Source of the DNA: Elusimicrobiota bacterium | GTDB taxonomy: Bacteria > CAYTYR01 > UBA6262 | Direction of reading: 5' to 3' | NCBI GenBank assembly: GCA_003153935.1 | Contig: PMCA01000017.1 | Span: 72,107-136,106, forward strand | Length of the DNA: 64,000 nucleotides | Shown here: in pieces, positions 27,201-37,200 of the stretch | How positions within the stretch are numbered: the first letter of the stretch is position 1 | Layout of the letters: the number at the start of each line of letters is the position of its first letter | Notes under the pieces: generated by a model | Seen by the model: the letters and a program-made list of their open reading frames with translations, nothing else | What the model was told of the DNA's origin: nothing | Databases searched by the model: none | Program-made: the position numbers and the translations under genes

Positions 27201-29071
27201 AAATTAAATTGGTCATTATATTCCTGATCATCTCCCTGCTCCCGGCCCTTTTCGTTAGCTTGCTTACTTTCGGTCATTATAAAACTTCCCTGGAGAACTA
27301 CCGCCTTGCGCAGCTGCAGGATATTGTGGCTTATAAGGCAGACAAAATAGATTCATACTTTTCCATTTTGAAAGCTAATGTGGAAATTGCCGAAGCTTTT
27401 TATAATATCAGGCGAAATCTGCCGGTATTAAGCCGGTTGGCCCGTCAGGCGGCGGATCCGGAATTCCTGGCGGCAAAGAGTACTCTTGATGAACAGTTAA
27501 AACAGATGCAGTCTGTTCTAGGTTTAGCCGACATCATGTTGTTTTCACCCCAGGGAGAAGTAGTATATACGACCAATCCCGTTCACTACCAACGCGAGTT
27601 CTTACTGCCTGTCAGCGCTCTGGGTCAAACGGCCTTTAACGAGGGTAAGAAAAAGATCTATTTTTCGGATATTTATGTAAATACCGCTGACGGCAATAAA
27701 TTTGAAATGCTGATCACCGCGCCGGCGGTTGATCTTAAAGGGTCATTCGGCGGAGTTATAGCCTTTGAAGTGGACATGTCCGGGCTTTACAAGATCATCC
27801 AGGAATCTACCGGTTTGGGCCAGACCGGTGAGACTTTAATCGGCAAGAAAATAGGTGATGAAGCGGTTTTCCTTAATCCCTTAAGACAGGATCCCCAGGC
27901 CGCTTTAAAGAGAACGGTAAAGTTTGGCGACCCTAAAGCTTTGGCTATGCAAAAAGCGACCTTGGGGGAAACCGGGTCCGGATCAACTATTGACTACCGG
28001 GGACAGAAAGTCATCGCCGCCTGGAGCTATATTCCTCTACTGGGCTGGGGCGTGGTGGGTAAAATCGATACCGCGGAAGCCTTTGCCGAAGTCAGGAATT
28101 TAATGAAGCTGATCTGGCTGATCCTGATAATGGTTTTCGCCCTGGGGGCGGTAGTGTCTTACGCTTTGGCCAGGTCTATTTCTGAACCTATCAAGAGACT
28201 GACCGATGGCGTGGCCATTTTCGGTGAAGGTAATTTAGACTATAAAGTCGGGACCGAACTGCAGGATGAGATCGGACAGCTTTCGCGCTCATTCGACAAG
28301 ATGACGGAAAACCTGAAAAAGATAACCGCCTCGCGCGACGAGTTGAACGCGGAGATCACGGAGCGCCAGAAAGCCGAAGATGATTTAAAACGCTCCAACG
28401 AGAACCTGGAGCAGTTCGCCTACGCTGCCTCCCATGACTTGCAAGAACCTTTGCGGGCGATGTCCAGTTTTTCCCAGTTATTGGAAAAGCGCAATAAGGA
28501 TAAACTTGACCAGGACTCCAAAGATTTCATCGGGTTCATTGTGGCCGCTGCCGGCCGGATGCAGGCTTTGATCACCGATTTGCTGGCTTATTCCCGGATC
28601 GGGCGGTTAGAAACAACGATGCAGGAGATAGACTGTAACCAGACCTTAGGTAAGGTTATCCATGACCTGTCAATGACGATAAAAGAAAACCGGGCTACGG
28701 TGACCAGCGATAAATTACCCGTGATCATGGCGCACGAAGTGAGCCTGTCACAACTATTCTCCAATTTGGTAAGCAATGCGCTGAAATTCCGGTCTACGGA
28801 TGATCCGCAGATACATGTCAGCGCCAGCGAAAAAGAAAAAGAATGGGTCTTTTCGGTCAGGGATAACGGTATCGGCATTGACCCGCAATATGCGGACAGG
28901 ATCTTCCAGATATTTCAGCGCTTGCACCGGAAAGAAGAGTATGTAGGCACCGGTATCGGGCTGTCCATTTGCAAAAAGATCGTCAGCCACCTAGGCGGCA
29001 GGATTTGGGTGGAATCGCAGCTGCGGCAGGGTGCGACCTTTTATTTCAGCATTCCTAAAATAAGAAAATAG
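27191..29071 (+). CDS. sensor histidine kinase (TM - Cache-like periplasmic domain - TM - HAMP - HisKA - HATPase)
   Basis: HisKA H-box FAYAASHDLQEPLR (Cph1-type), with N, G1 and G2 boxes (GTGIGLSICKKIV). Two TM segments flank an approximately 270-aa extracytoplasmic domain. Confidence 0.8.
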   Translation: MPIKIKLVIIFLIISLLPALFVSLLTFGHYKTSLENYRLAQLQDIVAYKADKIDSYFSILKANVEIAEAFYNIRRNLPVLSRLARQAADPEFLAAKSTLDEQLKQMQSVLGLADIMLFSPQGEVVYTTNPVHYQREFLLPVSALGQTAFNEGKKKIYFSDIYVNTADGNKFEMLITAPAVDLKGSFGGVIAFEVDMSGLYKIIQESTGLGQTGETLIGKKIGDEAVFLNPLRQDPQAALKRTVKFGDPKALAMQKATLGETGSGSTIDYRGQKVIAAWSYIPLLGWGVVGKIDTAEAFAEVRNLMKLIWLILIMVFALGAVVSYALARSISEPIKRLTDGVAIFGEGNLDYKVGTELQDEIGQLSRSFDKMTENLKKITASRDELNAEITERQKAEDDLKRSNENLEQFAYAASHDLQEPLRAMSSFSQLLEKRNKDKLDQDSKDFIGFIVAAAGRMQALITDLLAYSRIGRLETTMQEIDCNQTLGKVIHDLSMTIKENRATVTSDKLPVIMAHEVSLSQLFSNLVSNALKFRSTDDPQIHVSASEKEKEWVFSVRDNGIGIDPQYADRIFQIFQRLHRKEEYVGTGIGLSICKKIVSHLGGRIWVESQLRQGATFYFSIPKIRK

Positions 29072-29083
29072 GGAGGAAACAAA

Positions 29084-29533
29084 ATGAATAACAATGGCAT
29101 TAGACCGATCGAGATACTGTTAGTGGAAGACAGTCCCGCGGACGTGCGCCTGACCCAGGAGGCGTTAAAAGAAGAAAAGTTCCACGTGAACCTGAGCGTG
29201 GTCAATGACGGGGTTGAAGCGATGGAGTTTTTACTCAGGCAGGGTAATTATGAAAAAGCGGTAAGGCCGGATCTTATACTCTTGGACCTGAACCTGCCGC
29301 GGAAAGACGGCAAGGAAGTTCTTAAGGAAATTAAAAACGACGAGAACCTGAAAACCATCCCCGTGGTCATACTGACCATTTCCAAGGCGGAAGAGGACAT
29401 ATTCAAAACTTACAATCTGCACGCGAATTGCTATATCACGAAACCCCTGGACCTGAACCAGTTCGCCAGGGTGGTCAAATCCATAAAGGAGTTCTGGTTG
29501 ACCATTGTCAAACTGCCGCCGAACGCCAGATAA
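29084..29533 (+). CDS. single-domain response regulator (CheY/Rcp1-like receiver)
   Basis: [13 protein letters not shown]...[13 protein letters not shown]...HANCYITKP closely follows the phytochrome-associated Rcp1 receiver pattern. Confidence 0.85.
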   Translation: MNNNGIRPIEILLVEDSPADVRLTQEALKEEKFHVNLSVVNDGVEAMEFLLRQGNYEKAVRPDLILLDLNLPRKDGKEVLKEIKNDENLKTIPVVILTISKAEEDIFKTYNLHANCYITKPLDLNQFARVVKSIKEFWLTIVKLPPNAR

Positions 29534-29547
29534 AGGTTGTCACCAAT

Positions 29548-31056
29548 ATGACCAGAGAAAACAAAAAATTAAATGTGCTGATCGTGGAAGACAATGAAGC
29601 TGATTTCCGCCTGGTGCTTGAATATCTGAAGGAGATCGGGTCCTCTTCTTTTGAGTTTCTGCATGCCCGGGACCTGGACAGCGCGGTGAAAGCGGTCAAA
29701 GAATTTAAGTTTGATGCGACGCTGCTGGACCTGGGGCTCCCTGACAGCCAGGGCCTGGCTACGGTAAAAGAGATGTGCAAGAACGCGCCGGACCTGGCCT
29801 TGATAGTTTTGACCGGACTGGATGATAAAAACCTGGGCATTGAATCGCTAAAGAAGGGCGCCCAGGACTACCTGGTAAAAGGAAATGCGCGCGGCGAACT
29901 ATTAGAGAAAAGCATAAACTATGCCATTGAACGCAAGTCGGCGGAAAAAGAAGTCAGGGAAACCAACCAGCGTGTAAGCGCCGTGCTGGAAAGCATCTCC
30001 GATGGCTTTGCTTCCTGGGACCGCGATTGGAATTATACCTATATAAATGGCACGGCGGAACACCTGCTGGGCCGCACCCGCGAAGAGTTACTGGGACAGG
30101 ATGCGCGGGAATTGCTGCTGGGGGATAATAAGAACTTCAGGGCCCGTTACGAGCAGGCGATGAATGACCAGGTACCCGTCCACTTTGAGGAATACTATCC
30201 GCCGCTGTCTATCTGGCTGGAAGTGCGGGCTTTCCCGTCACCGGAAGGCATGTCGGTATTCTTCCGCGATATCACGAAGCGCCGCAAGGCGGACGAAGTC
30301 CTGAAACGCGATAAAGAGAGCCTGGAAAAATTAGTAAAGGAACGGACTCAAGAACTGGTGACTACCCAGATGGAAATGGAAAAAGCCAAACGCCTTTCCG
30401 ATATCGGAACGCTGGCTTCCACAGTGGCCCATGAGCTGCGCAATCCTTTAGCCGCCATAAGCATGGCAGCGGCTAATATAAACCGGAAAGCGCAGAACCC
30501 GGACGACCTGAAACGACATCTGGAAACTATCAATAAAAAGGTAACGGAGAGCGACCAAATAATCAACAACCTGTTATTTTACTCGCGGCTAAAATCGCCG
30601 CATTATGAACAGGTGAATATCTATAATATTATCCAGGAAAGTATTGGCCAGATCAAGGCACGCGGCGAACAGCGGGTAAGCGTAGCTGATAGGACTAAAC
30701 CATTGCAGGATATTCTGATAGAAGCCGATTCCCTGCAGATGGCGGAAATATTCAATAATGTGCTCAATAATGCTTGCGACGCGATTCCCCCGTCTACAGG
30801 AAAAATTGAAATTACCGGCACGCTGGAAGAAGGAGCGATCAAGATCGTGATCAAGGATAACGGAGCCGGGATCAAGCCAGATGATATGGATAAAGTATTT
30901 GACCCGTTTTTCACTACCAAGTCTAAGGGGACCGGATTAGGCCTGTCAGTTTGCCTGCAGATCATTAATCTGCACGAGGGTAAGATAGAGCTACAAAGCA
31001 AGGAAGGCGAGGGTACAACCGTTACGATCACGCTGCCCAGGCATAAGCGATCCTAA
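29548..31056 (+). CDS. hybrid sensor kinase: REC - PAS - HisKA - HATPase
   Basis: N-terminal receiver (LIVEDNEADFRL...LLDLGLPD), a PAS domain, H-box AHELRNPL and HATPase G-boxes. Start set at the ATG at 29548, just after the upstream stop. Confidence 0.8.
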   Translation: MTRENKKLNVLIVEDNEADFRLVLEYLKEIGSSSFEFLHARDLDSAVKAVKEFKFDATLLDLGLPDSQGLATVKEMCKNAPDLALIVLTGLDDKNLGIESLKKGAQDYLVKGNARGELLEKSINYAIERKSAEKEVRETNQRVSAVLESISDGFASWDRDWNYTYINGTAEHLLGRTREELLGQDARELLLGDNKNFRARYEQAMNDQVPVHFEEYYPPLSIWLEVRAFPSPEGMSVFFRDITKRRKADEVLKRDKESLEKLVKERTQELVTTQMEMEKAKRLSDIGTLASTVAHELRNPLAAISMAAANINRKAQNPDDLKRHLETINKKVTESDQIINNLLFYSRLKSPHYEQVNIYNIIQESIGQIKARGEQRVSVADRTKPLQDILIEADSLQMAEIFNNVLNNACDAIPPSTGKIEITGTLEEGAIKIVIKDNGAGIKPDDMDKVFDPFFTTKSKGTGLGLSVCLQIINLHEGKIELQSKEGEGTTVTITLPRHKRS

Positions 31057-31286
31057 AATGCTATATAGCCGGAGGCTTTTTCCAAGCGCAGGCCCAGCCG
31101 GCCCAGTTGCAGAATAGAATTGATCGTTCCGCCATGTTGGCGGTTCTCCATGATCCGCTCCACCGTCACATACCCGAATCCGGGGACCCGTAATAGTTGT
31201 TCCTTCCCGGCCTGGTTTACATTCACCGGGAAATATTCCGGATGCCGTAGGGCCCACGATTCCTTGGGATCCCGGCCGATATCCAA
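31053..31286 (-). CDS. small ComEA-like helix-hairpin-helix DNA-binding protein (possibly a truncated comEA)
   Basis: VNVNQAGKEQLLRVPGFGYVTVERIMENRQHGG..SILQL matches the ComEA HhH motif. Only 77 aa, with no N-terminal TM or signal segment. Confidence 0.5.
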   Translation of the reverse strand: MDIGRDPKESWALRHPEYFPVNVNQAGKEQLLRVPGFGYVTVERIMENRQHGGTINSILQLGRLGLRLEKASGYIAF

Positions 31287-31508
31287 ATTCCCCTTTTTAT
31301 CGAACGGTATCTATTCTTCCTGAAACCCGTATTTCCTGATCAGCCAATCTACCTGGTACAAACGTACACGCTATATGTTTGTCAACCTTTTTATCCCCAA
31401 TGTAGATAATTGTCAGAAGAAAGGGGAGTTGGCCAATTTACTTAGGAAAAATATTAAGGTAGAATATGATCAGGTTTCAACTAATCCATCCAGACAAAAG
31501 GAGGAGTT

Positions 31509-31988
31509 ATGAAGATTAAGATAACGTTGTTATGGCTTTTGCTGATGATGACGAATATAGGTATTTATCCTGCCCTGGCACAAGCGACGGCCGGTACCCA
31601 GGTAACAGGAGCACCTTCGCCGCAAGGAAATGCTTTTAGTGGGATTTCCACTTGGAACACAATCGCTGCAAACCCAACCCAAAGAGTTCTAATAATACCA
31701 GGGGCGCCAAATCCCGCGGTAAACGATATGCAACAAATGAATGGGGATTATCAGCGCATACTGCACGAGCAGCAAATAGACAGCAATAGAATTTCAAATA
31801 AACAACCCAGCTCTCAAATTGTACCAGTCCCCACCGGTGTCGACCAGAAACAAATCGAAGACAAGCAAAACCGTGAACACCGCGCTTTTGATAAACAAAC
31901 ACAAAGTGAGAGTAAGCCTTTGCAGGATGGGCAGAATTATGACAAGAATCCGAGTCAGTTAGGCGAGGGTGCAAATAAGGATAAATAA
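31509..31988 (+). CDS. secreted low-complexity (Q/N/P-rich) protein, unknown function
   Basis: Cleavable signal peptide (…YPALAQA), then a polar low-complexity region. AT-richer than flanking genes, with a promoter-like TTGTCA...TAGATAAT upstream. Confidence 0.4.
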   Translation: MKIKITLLWLLLMMTNIGIYPALAQATAGTQVTGAPSPQGNAFSGISTWNTIAANPTQRVLIIPGAPNPAVNDMQQMNGDYQRILHEQQIDSNRISNKQPSSQIVPVPTGVDQKQIEDKQNREHRAFDKQTQSESKPLQDGQNYDKNPSQLGEGANKDK

Positions 31989-32004
31989 AGACATTAAAGA
32001 AGTA

Positions 32005-32814
32005 TTAGAGATTTAATTTCTTGTCCCAGAATACCACGCACCTCATACCGACAGAGCCGTAGACGATCTTTTCATTGAAGAACTGCGGCAGTTCCTTGCC
32101 GGCGGCACCGAGCACATACAAAAGCGGGAGATAATGTTCGTTGGTTGGTAAAGCAAAATCGGCGGTCTCTATCTGCCGGTAGCTTATCAGCAGGGCATTA
32201 TCTTTTCTTTCCAGCGCTTCTTTGACCTTTAGGTCGAAATCCGCTGCCCAGGGGTATGATTGTTCGGTACTTAGCAGCATCAGGTTATGGACAATATTGC
32301 CGCTGCCCATTATTAAAACCCCGTCCCGTCTTAACTCCTGCAGTTCCTTGCCTATCTGCACGTGTTTTTCCAGGGGGAGATTCTGATCCAGGCTCAGCTG
32401 TACCACCGGTATGATCGCTCCCGGGTACATGTTGGCCAATACCGACCAGGTCCCATGGTCCAAACCCCATTCATAATCCAACTCTACCGGCACGGTCTTG
32501 ACCAGTTCCTTTATCTGCTCGGCAAATTTACGGTCGCCGGGGGCTTTGTACTGAAATTTATAATAGTCGTCGGGAAAACCGAAAAAATCATGTATAGTGC
32601 GAGGATTTTCGCGGGCGGTCACGCCGGTGCCAGTCTGGCGCCAATGCGCAGAGGTGGTCCAGTGCGCCGATACGCAGAGGATCGCTTTGGGTTTGGGGAT
32701 CGCCTTGGCCAGGTTCTTCCATCCGTCGCTGAATTCATTTTTCTCAAAAGCGTTCTCCGGTGAACCGTGACCAATAAAAACTACCGGCATCTGTTCAATT
32801 AGAGCCATGGGCAC
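32005..32814 (-). CDS. ygiD: 4,5-DOPA dioxygenase extradiol-like (LigB/YgiD family class III extradiol dioxygenase)
   Basis: N-terminal PVVFIGHGSP..A and ...CVSAHW motifs characteristic of the YgiD/DODA family. Confidence 0.8.
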   Translation of the reverse strand: MPMALIEQMPVVFIGHGSPENAFEKNEFSDGWKNLAKAIPKPKAILCVSAHWTTSAHWRQTGTGVTARENPRTIHDFFGFPDDYYKFQYKAPGDRKFAEQIKELVKTVPVELDYEWGLDHGTWSVLANMYPGAIIPVVQLSLDQNLPLEKHVQIGKELQELRRDGVLIMGSGNIVHNLMLLSTEQSYPWAADFDLKVKEALERKDNALLISYRQIETADFALPTNEHYLPLLYVLGAAGKELPQFFNEKIVYGSVGMRCVVFWDKKLNL

Positions 32815-33018
32815 TCCTTTATTTTACTATAATTTAACTTGCTTAATTAATTCAAGCATAATATAAATTTAGTTGGCACGCAAGGTGCTGTTTCCGCTTT
32901 TTACTGACCTTTTATTCCTTGCCAGCAGCCGGTAATTCTGGTAGGATAAATGAAACTTTTAGCAATTTGTTATTGTCTAAAATATTGATAAGAAAATTGA
33001 AAGGGGAAATACCGGAAT

Positions 33019-34272
33019 ATGAAAAAACACGCTAAAATATTTTTTATGGCGGTAGTAATAAGCCTGGGTTTGTCAGCGGCGGTTAGCGCCCAGGCAGTTG
33101 AACCGGCGGCGCTGACCCTGGCGCAGTGCCAGGCTTTGGCGGCGCAAAAAAACAGTGACTTGAAGATCCAGGCGGAAAAACGCTACCAGGCTGAGCAACA
33201 GCTAAAGCAAGCCCAGGGTGATATGATGCCGGATATAAGATATGAATTATCCCAGAGCCGGCAGAACTCCATTAGCGATACGCCGAAATATACCACTTCT
33301 AAATTTACCTTGAGCCAGCCGTTGTTCTACGGGTTCAAAAAGGTAAAAACCGTGTCCTTGTCCAAGTCAGCGGTCAAGCAGCAAGAGTTGCTGTACGAAG
33401 CGGCCCAGCGCAATCTCAAGGCGGATGTATCAACGGCGTTTTACACCTTGGTCCAGGTTGAAACAGACCTGAAAGACATACAGGATTCCCATGATTTGCT
33501 GCAAAACAGGTTAAAAGAGTTAGATGACCGGGTCCAGCTCGGAAAATCCCGCGAAAGCGAAGTTCTGGTGGTGCAATCCCAGCTGGGGGTGCTGCTGGCC
33601 CAGGAAGAGAGCGCTGAAAATGACCGCCAGGCGGCTTTGGAAACTCTAGCTTTCCTGACCGGTCTTAAAGCGGAAGATTTAACAGTAACCGATGACAATG
33701 CGGCGTTAGGTAACATGGACCCAGTTGAGAAGTACCTGGAAGCGGCCAAGAATCGTCCTGACCTGGAAGCCTTGCGACAGGAAATTGTGACTCAAAACTA
33801 TCAGGTGAAGATAGCCAGGGGCGATTACTGGCCGGCGGTTGATTTAGACACCAATTGGTTCACCGGTAACAGCGACCGGCCGGAGAACGTTACCTGGCAA
33901 GCCGCGGTTTCTCTTGATTTTCCCCTATTCCAGGGCGGCATCACCCAGGCCCGGGTCAACGGTGAACTGTCGCGCCTGCGTGAGGCCAACGAAATCCTGG
34001 TGTTGCTGACCGACCAGGTGAATACCGATATCAGGAAACTTTACAAAGCGCTGCTTTCCTCTATCGCCCAGGTAGAAACGTTGAAAGACGCCTATGCCAA
34101 AGCGAACAAAAGTTATCAGTTGCAGCTTAAAGATTACCGTTACGGCCTGGTAAATAACCTGGATGTTTTGCAGTCCCTGACCACTCTGCTCGACGGTAAG
34201 CGCAGCCTGGACCGGGCACTGATGCAGGTAAAAATAAATAAGGCTTTGCTGGATATTGCCGCGATGCAGTAG
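33019..34272 (+). CDS. TolC-family outer membrane efflux protein
   Basis: Signal peptide and a two-fold repeated OEP coiled-coil/beta architecture (two internal repeats of about 200 aa). Confidence 0.8.
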   Translation: MKKHAKIFFMAVVISLGLSAAVSAQAVEPAALTLAQCQALAAQKNSDLKIQAEKRYQAEQQLKQAQGDMMPDIRYELSQSRQNSISDTPKYTTSKFTLSQPLFYGFKKVKTVSLSKSAVKQQELLYEAAQRNLKADVSTAFYTLVQVETDLKDIQDSHDLLQNRLKELDDRVQLGKSRESEVLVVQSQLGVLLAQEESAENDRQAALETLAFLTGLKAEDLTVTDDNAALGNMDPVEKYLEAAKNRPDLEALRQEIVTQNYQVKIARGDYWPAVDLDTNWFTGNSDRPENVTWQAAVSLDFPLFQGGITQARVNGELSRLREANEILVLLTDQVNTDIRKLYKALLSSIAQVETLKDAYAKANKSYQLQLKDYRYGLVNNLDVLQSLTTLLDGKRSLDRALMQVKINKALLDIAAMQ

Positions 34273-34288
34273 ACTCATAGGAGGAATA

Positions 34289-37200
34289 ATGTCCCTTTCC
34301 GATACATCAATAAAAAATCCCGTTCTGGCCTGGATGATCGTCATCGGCGTTATCGTCTTCGGCTTGATCGCTTTTAGCCGTCTGGGCGTGAGCCAGCTGC
34401 CCGACGTTGATTTCCCGGTGCTTTCCATTTCCGCCGACTGGCAGGGCGCCGCCCCGGAAGTGATGGAAACCGAAGTGACCGATACCATCGAGGGCGCCAT
34501 CATGGGCATACAGGGAGTACAGGAGGTCATGTCCACCTCGCGCCAGGGCAGCTGCGATATTTCCGTCCAATTTGACCTGAACAAGAATGTTGATGTGGCC
34601 TTGCAGGAAGTACAAAGCGCTATCGCCCGGGCCGCGCATTCCTTGCCTGCGGATCTGGATCCCCCGGTGATCAGGAAAAGCAATCCGGAGGACCAGCCGA
34701 TCATCTGGCTTACTCTTTCCGGTGACCGCGAGCTGAAATACCTGATGAAATATACCAGGGATGAGATTGTAGATAAATTGACGACCGTACCGGGTGTAAG
34801 CGACGTGATGATGGGAGGATACGTTGAACCCAATCTCCGCGTTTGGCTGAATGCCGATAAAATGGAAAAATATGAAATGACGGTGGATGATGTGACCTCT
34901 GCCATAGAAGCGGGCCACGCCGAGGTCCCGGCCGGATATATCGATACCGGCAATAACGAGATGAATGTGCGGGTGACCGGAGAAGCGGCTTCTCTTAAGG
35001 AATTCAGCTCCATAATCATCCCGGCCCGTAAGGGCGGATCGCCATTATGGAAAAAATTCACCATCGGCGATGTGGCCCAGGTAGAAGACGGCCTGGACAA
35101 TGTACGCCGTATCTCCCGCTCCAATGGTCAGCTTACTATCGGTTTGGGCGTTAAGAAGCAGCGGGGTACCAACGCTGTGCAAGTGGCGCACGCGGTGAAG
35201 GCCAGGCTGGTGGAACTGCAAAAAACCCTGCCTGAAGGCATGCAGCTGGGGATTCGCTTTGACACTACCAAGTTCATCGAGCAGTCCATCGGCGAAATGA
35301 ATTTTGTGATGATCCTTTCGGTGATCCTGACGGCGCTGGTCTGCTGGCTGTTCCTCGGGTCCTTAAGTTCCGCGTTTAATGTATTTTTGACGATACCGTT
35401 ATCCATCTGCGGCTCGTTCTTCGTGATCTATATATTGGGATTCACCCTGAACGCTTTCACCCTGTTAGGATTATCCCTGGTCATTGGTATCGTGGTTGAT
35501 GACGCCATCATGATGCTGGAGAATATCGTCCGGCACCGCGAGGAAGGGGAACCAAGGGTGCGCGCGGCCATAAAAGGGGCGCGGGAAATAACCTTCGCCG
35601 CCATCGCCGCTTCTGTGGCCATTTTGGCCATATTCCTGCCGGTTATTTTTATGCAAGGCGTTATAGGTAAATATTTCCTGCAGTTCGGCGTAACCATTTC
35701 CGTGGCCGTTATGATCTCATTGCTGGGAGCTTTAACCCTAACGCCGATGTTCTCTTCCAAGTTCCTGAAATCAGGGCACACTTCCGGTATCGGTAAATTG
35801 ATGGACAGGTTCATGCTGTGGTTGAAAAAAGCTTATACCGGGGCTCTTGCCGTTTGTTTGGCCAACCGCTGGAAAGTAATAATCGCGGCACTCATCATGT
35901 TCGCTTCGTCCCTGCTGCTCTTTACCAAGGTGAAAAAGGAATTCGTCCCGCCGCAGGACATGGGTCTGCTGTCGGCCAGGGCGGACGACAAGATAGGTTC
36001 GTCTCTGGAATTTACCGATAATATGTTTAAACAGGTAGAAGCGGCGGTGGCGAAACGTCCTGAGGTGGACAGCTATTTAAGTAATATCGGCGGCGACGTG
36101 GAGAATACCGGCAGTATTATGATGACCCTGAAGCCCAAGAAAGACAGGCCGGTAGACCCGCAGAAAAAACGTCCCCTGACCCAGCAGGAGCTGATGCCTC
36201 TGCTGCGCAAACAACTGAAGGAAATACCCGGAGTGGAAAAAGTGGTGGTCTCGGACCCGTCGCTGATGGGCTTTACCGCCCGCCGCGGTTTCCCGGTGGA
36301 ATTCACGTTGAACGGGAGTGACTGGGATAAACTGGGTGAGGTCAGCGATCAGGTGGCGAAAGAAATGAAGGATAGCGGCTCGATGGTGGATATAGATTCG
36401 GATTATGACACCGGGATGCCGGAGGTGCGCGTGGTGCCCGACCGGCAAAAGGCGGCTGAACGGGGAGTAAGCGTCCAAACCATTGGCACCACTATTAACT
36501 CGTTGATCGGCGGCGTGAAAGTAGGCAAGTTCACTGAGGGTGGCCGGCGTTACGATATCCGTCTCCAATTAGTAGAAGCCGAACGCGACAAAGTGGAAGA
36601 TATCAACAAGATCTGGGTAAGGAACAATCGCGGTGAAGTTATCCGCCTGTCGGACGTGGTGGATGTAGTGCAGAAACCTTCTCTGCTTTCGATAACCCGT
36701 AAGAACCGTGAGCGGGCGATACGCATGTACGCCAACGTAGCTCCCGGCAGGTCGCAGGGAGAGGCTCTCCAGGCTGTGCAGGCTATAGGCAAGAAATTAC
36801 CGGAAGGGTACAAGCTGGTTTTCACCGGTAGCGCCCAGACGTACCAGGATTCTTTCAGCAGCTTGTACATAGCCTTGATCCTGGGTATATTCGTGGCCTA
36901 CATGGTGTTGGGCGTGCAGTTTAATAGCTTTATCCATCCTTTCACCGTGTTACTGGCTTTGCCCTTCAGCGTGTCCGGCGCGTTCCTGGCTCTATACCTG
37001 ACCGGCCGATCCCTGAACATATACAGCGCCATCGGCATTATCCTGCTGATGGGTATTGTCAAAAAGAATTCGATCCTGCTGGTTGATTTTACTAACCAGC
37101 GGCGTGACAGCGGGATGGACGTAAAAGAAGCCTTATTGAACGCCTGTCCGCTGCGCTTGCGGCCGATCATCATGACCTCAGTGGCGACTATCGCCGCGGC

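Noticed and set aside
29428-29547. N-terminal 40 codons of the tracked hybrid-kinase ORF ([11 protein letters not shown]...) overlapping the response-regulator gene
   Set aside because: The extension overlaps the 3' end of the upstream receiver gene in another frame and has no RBS. The ATG at 29548 lies just after the upstream stop and begins a canonical receiver N-terminus (MTRENKKLNVLIVEDNEAD).
34307-35124. Minus-strand ORFs (203 and 399 aa) across the TolC end and the RND pump start
   Set aside because: They are antisense to strongly supported TolC and AcrB-like genes. High GC content inflates random ORF length.
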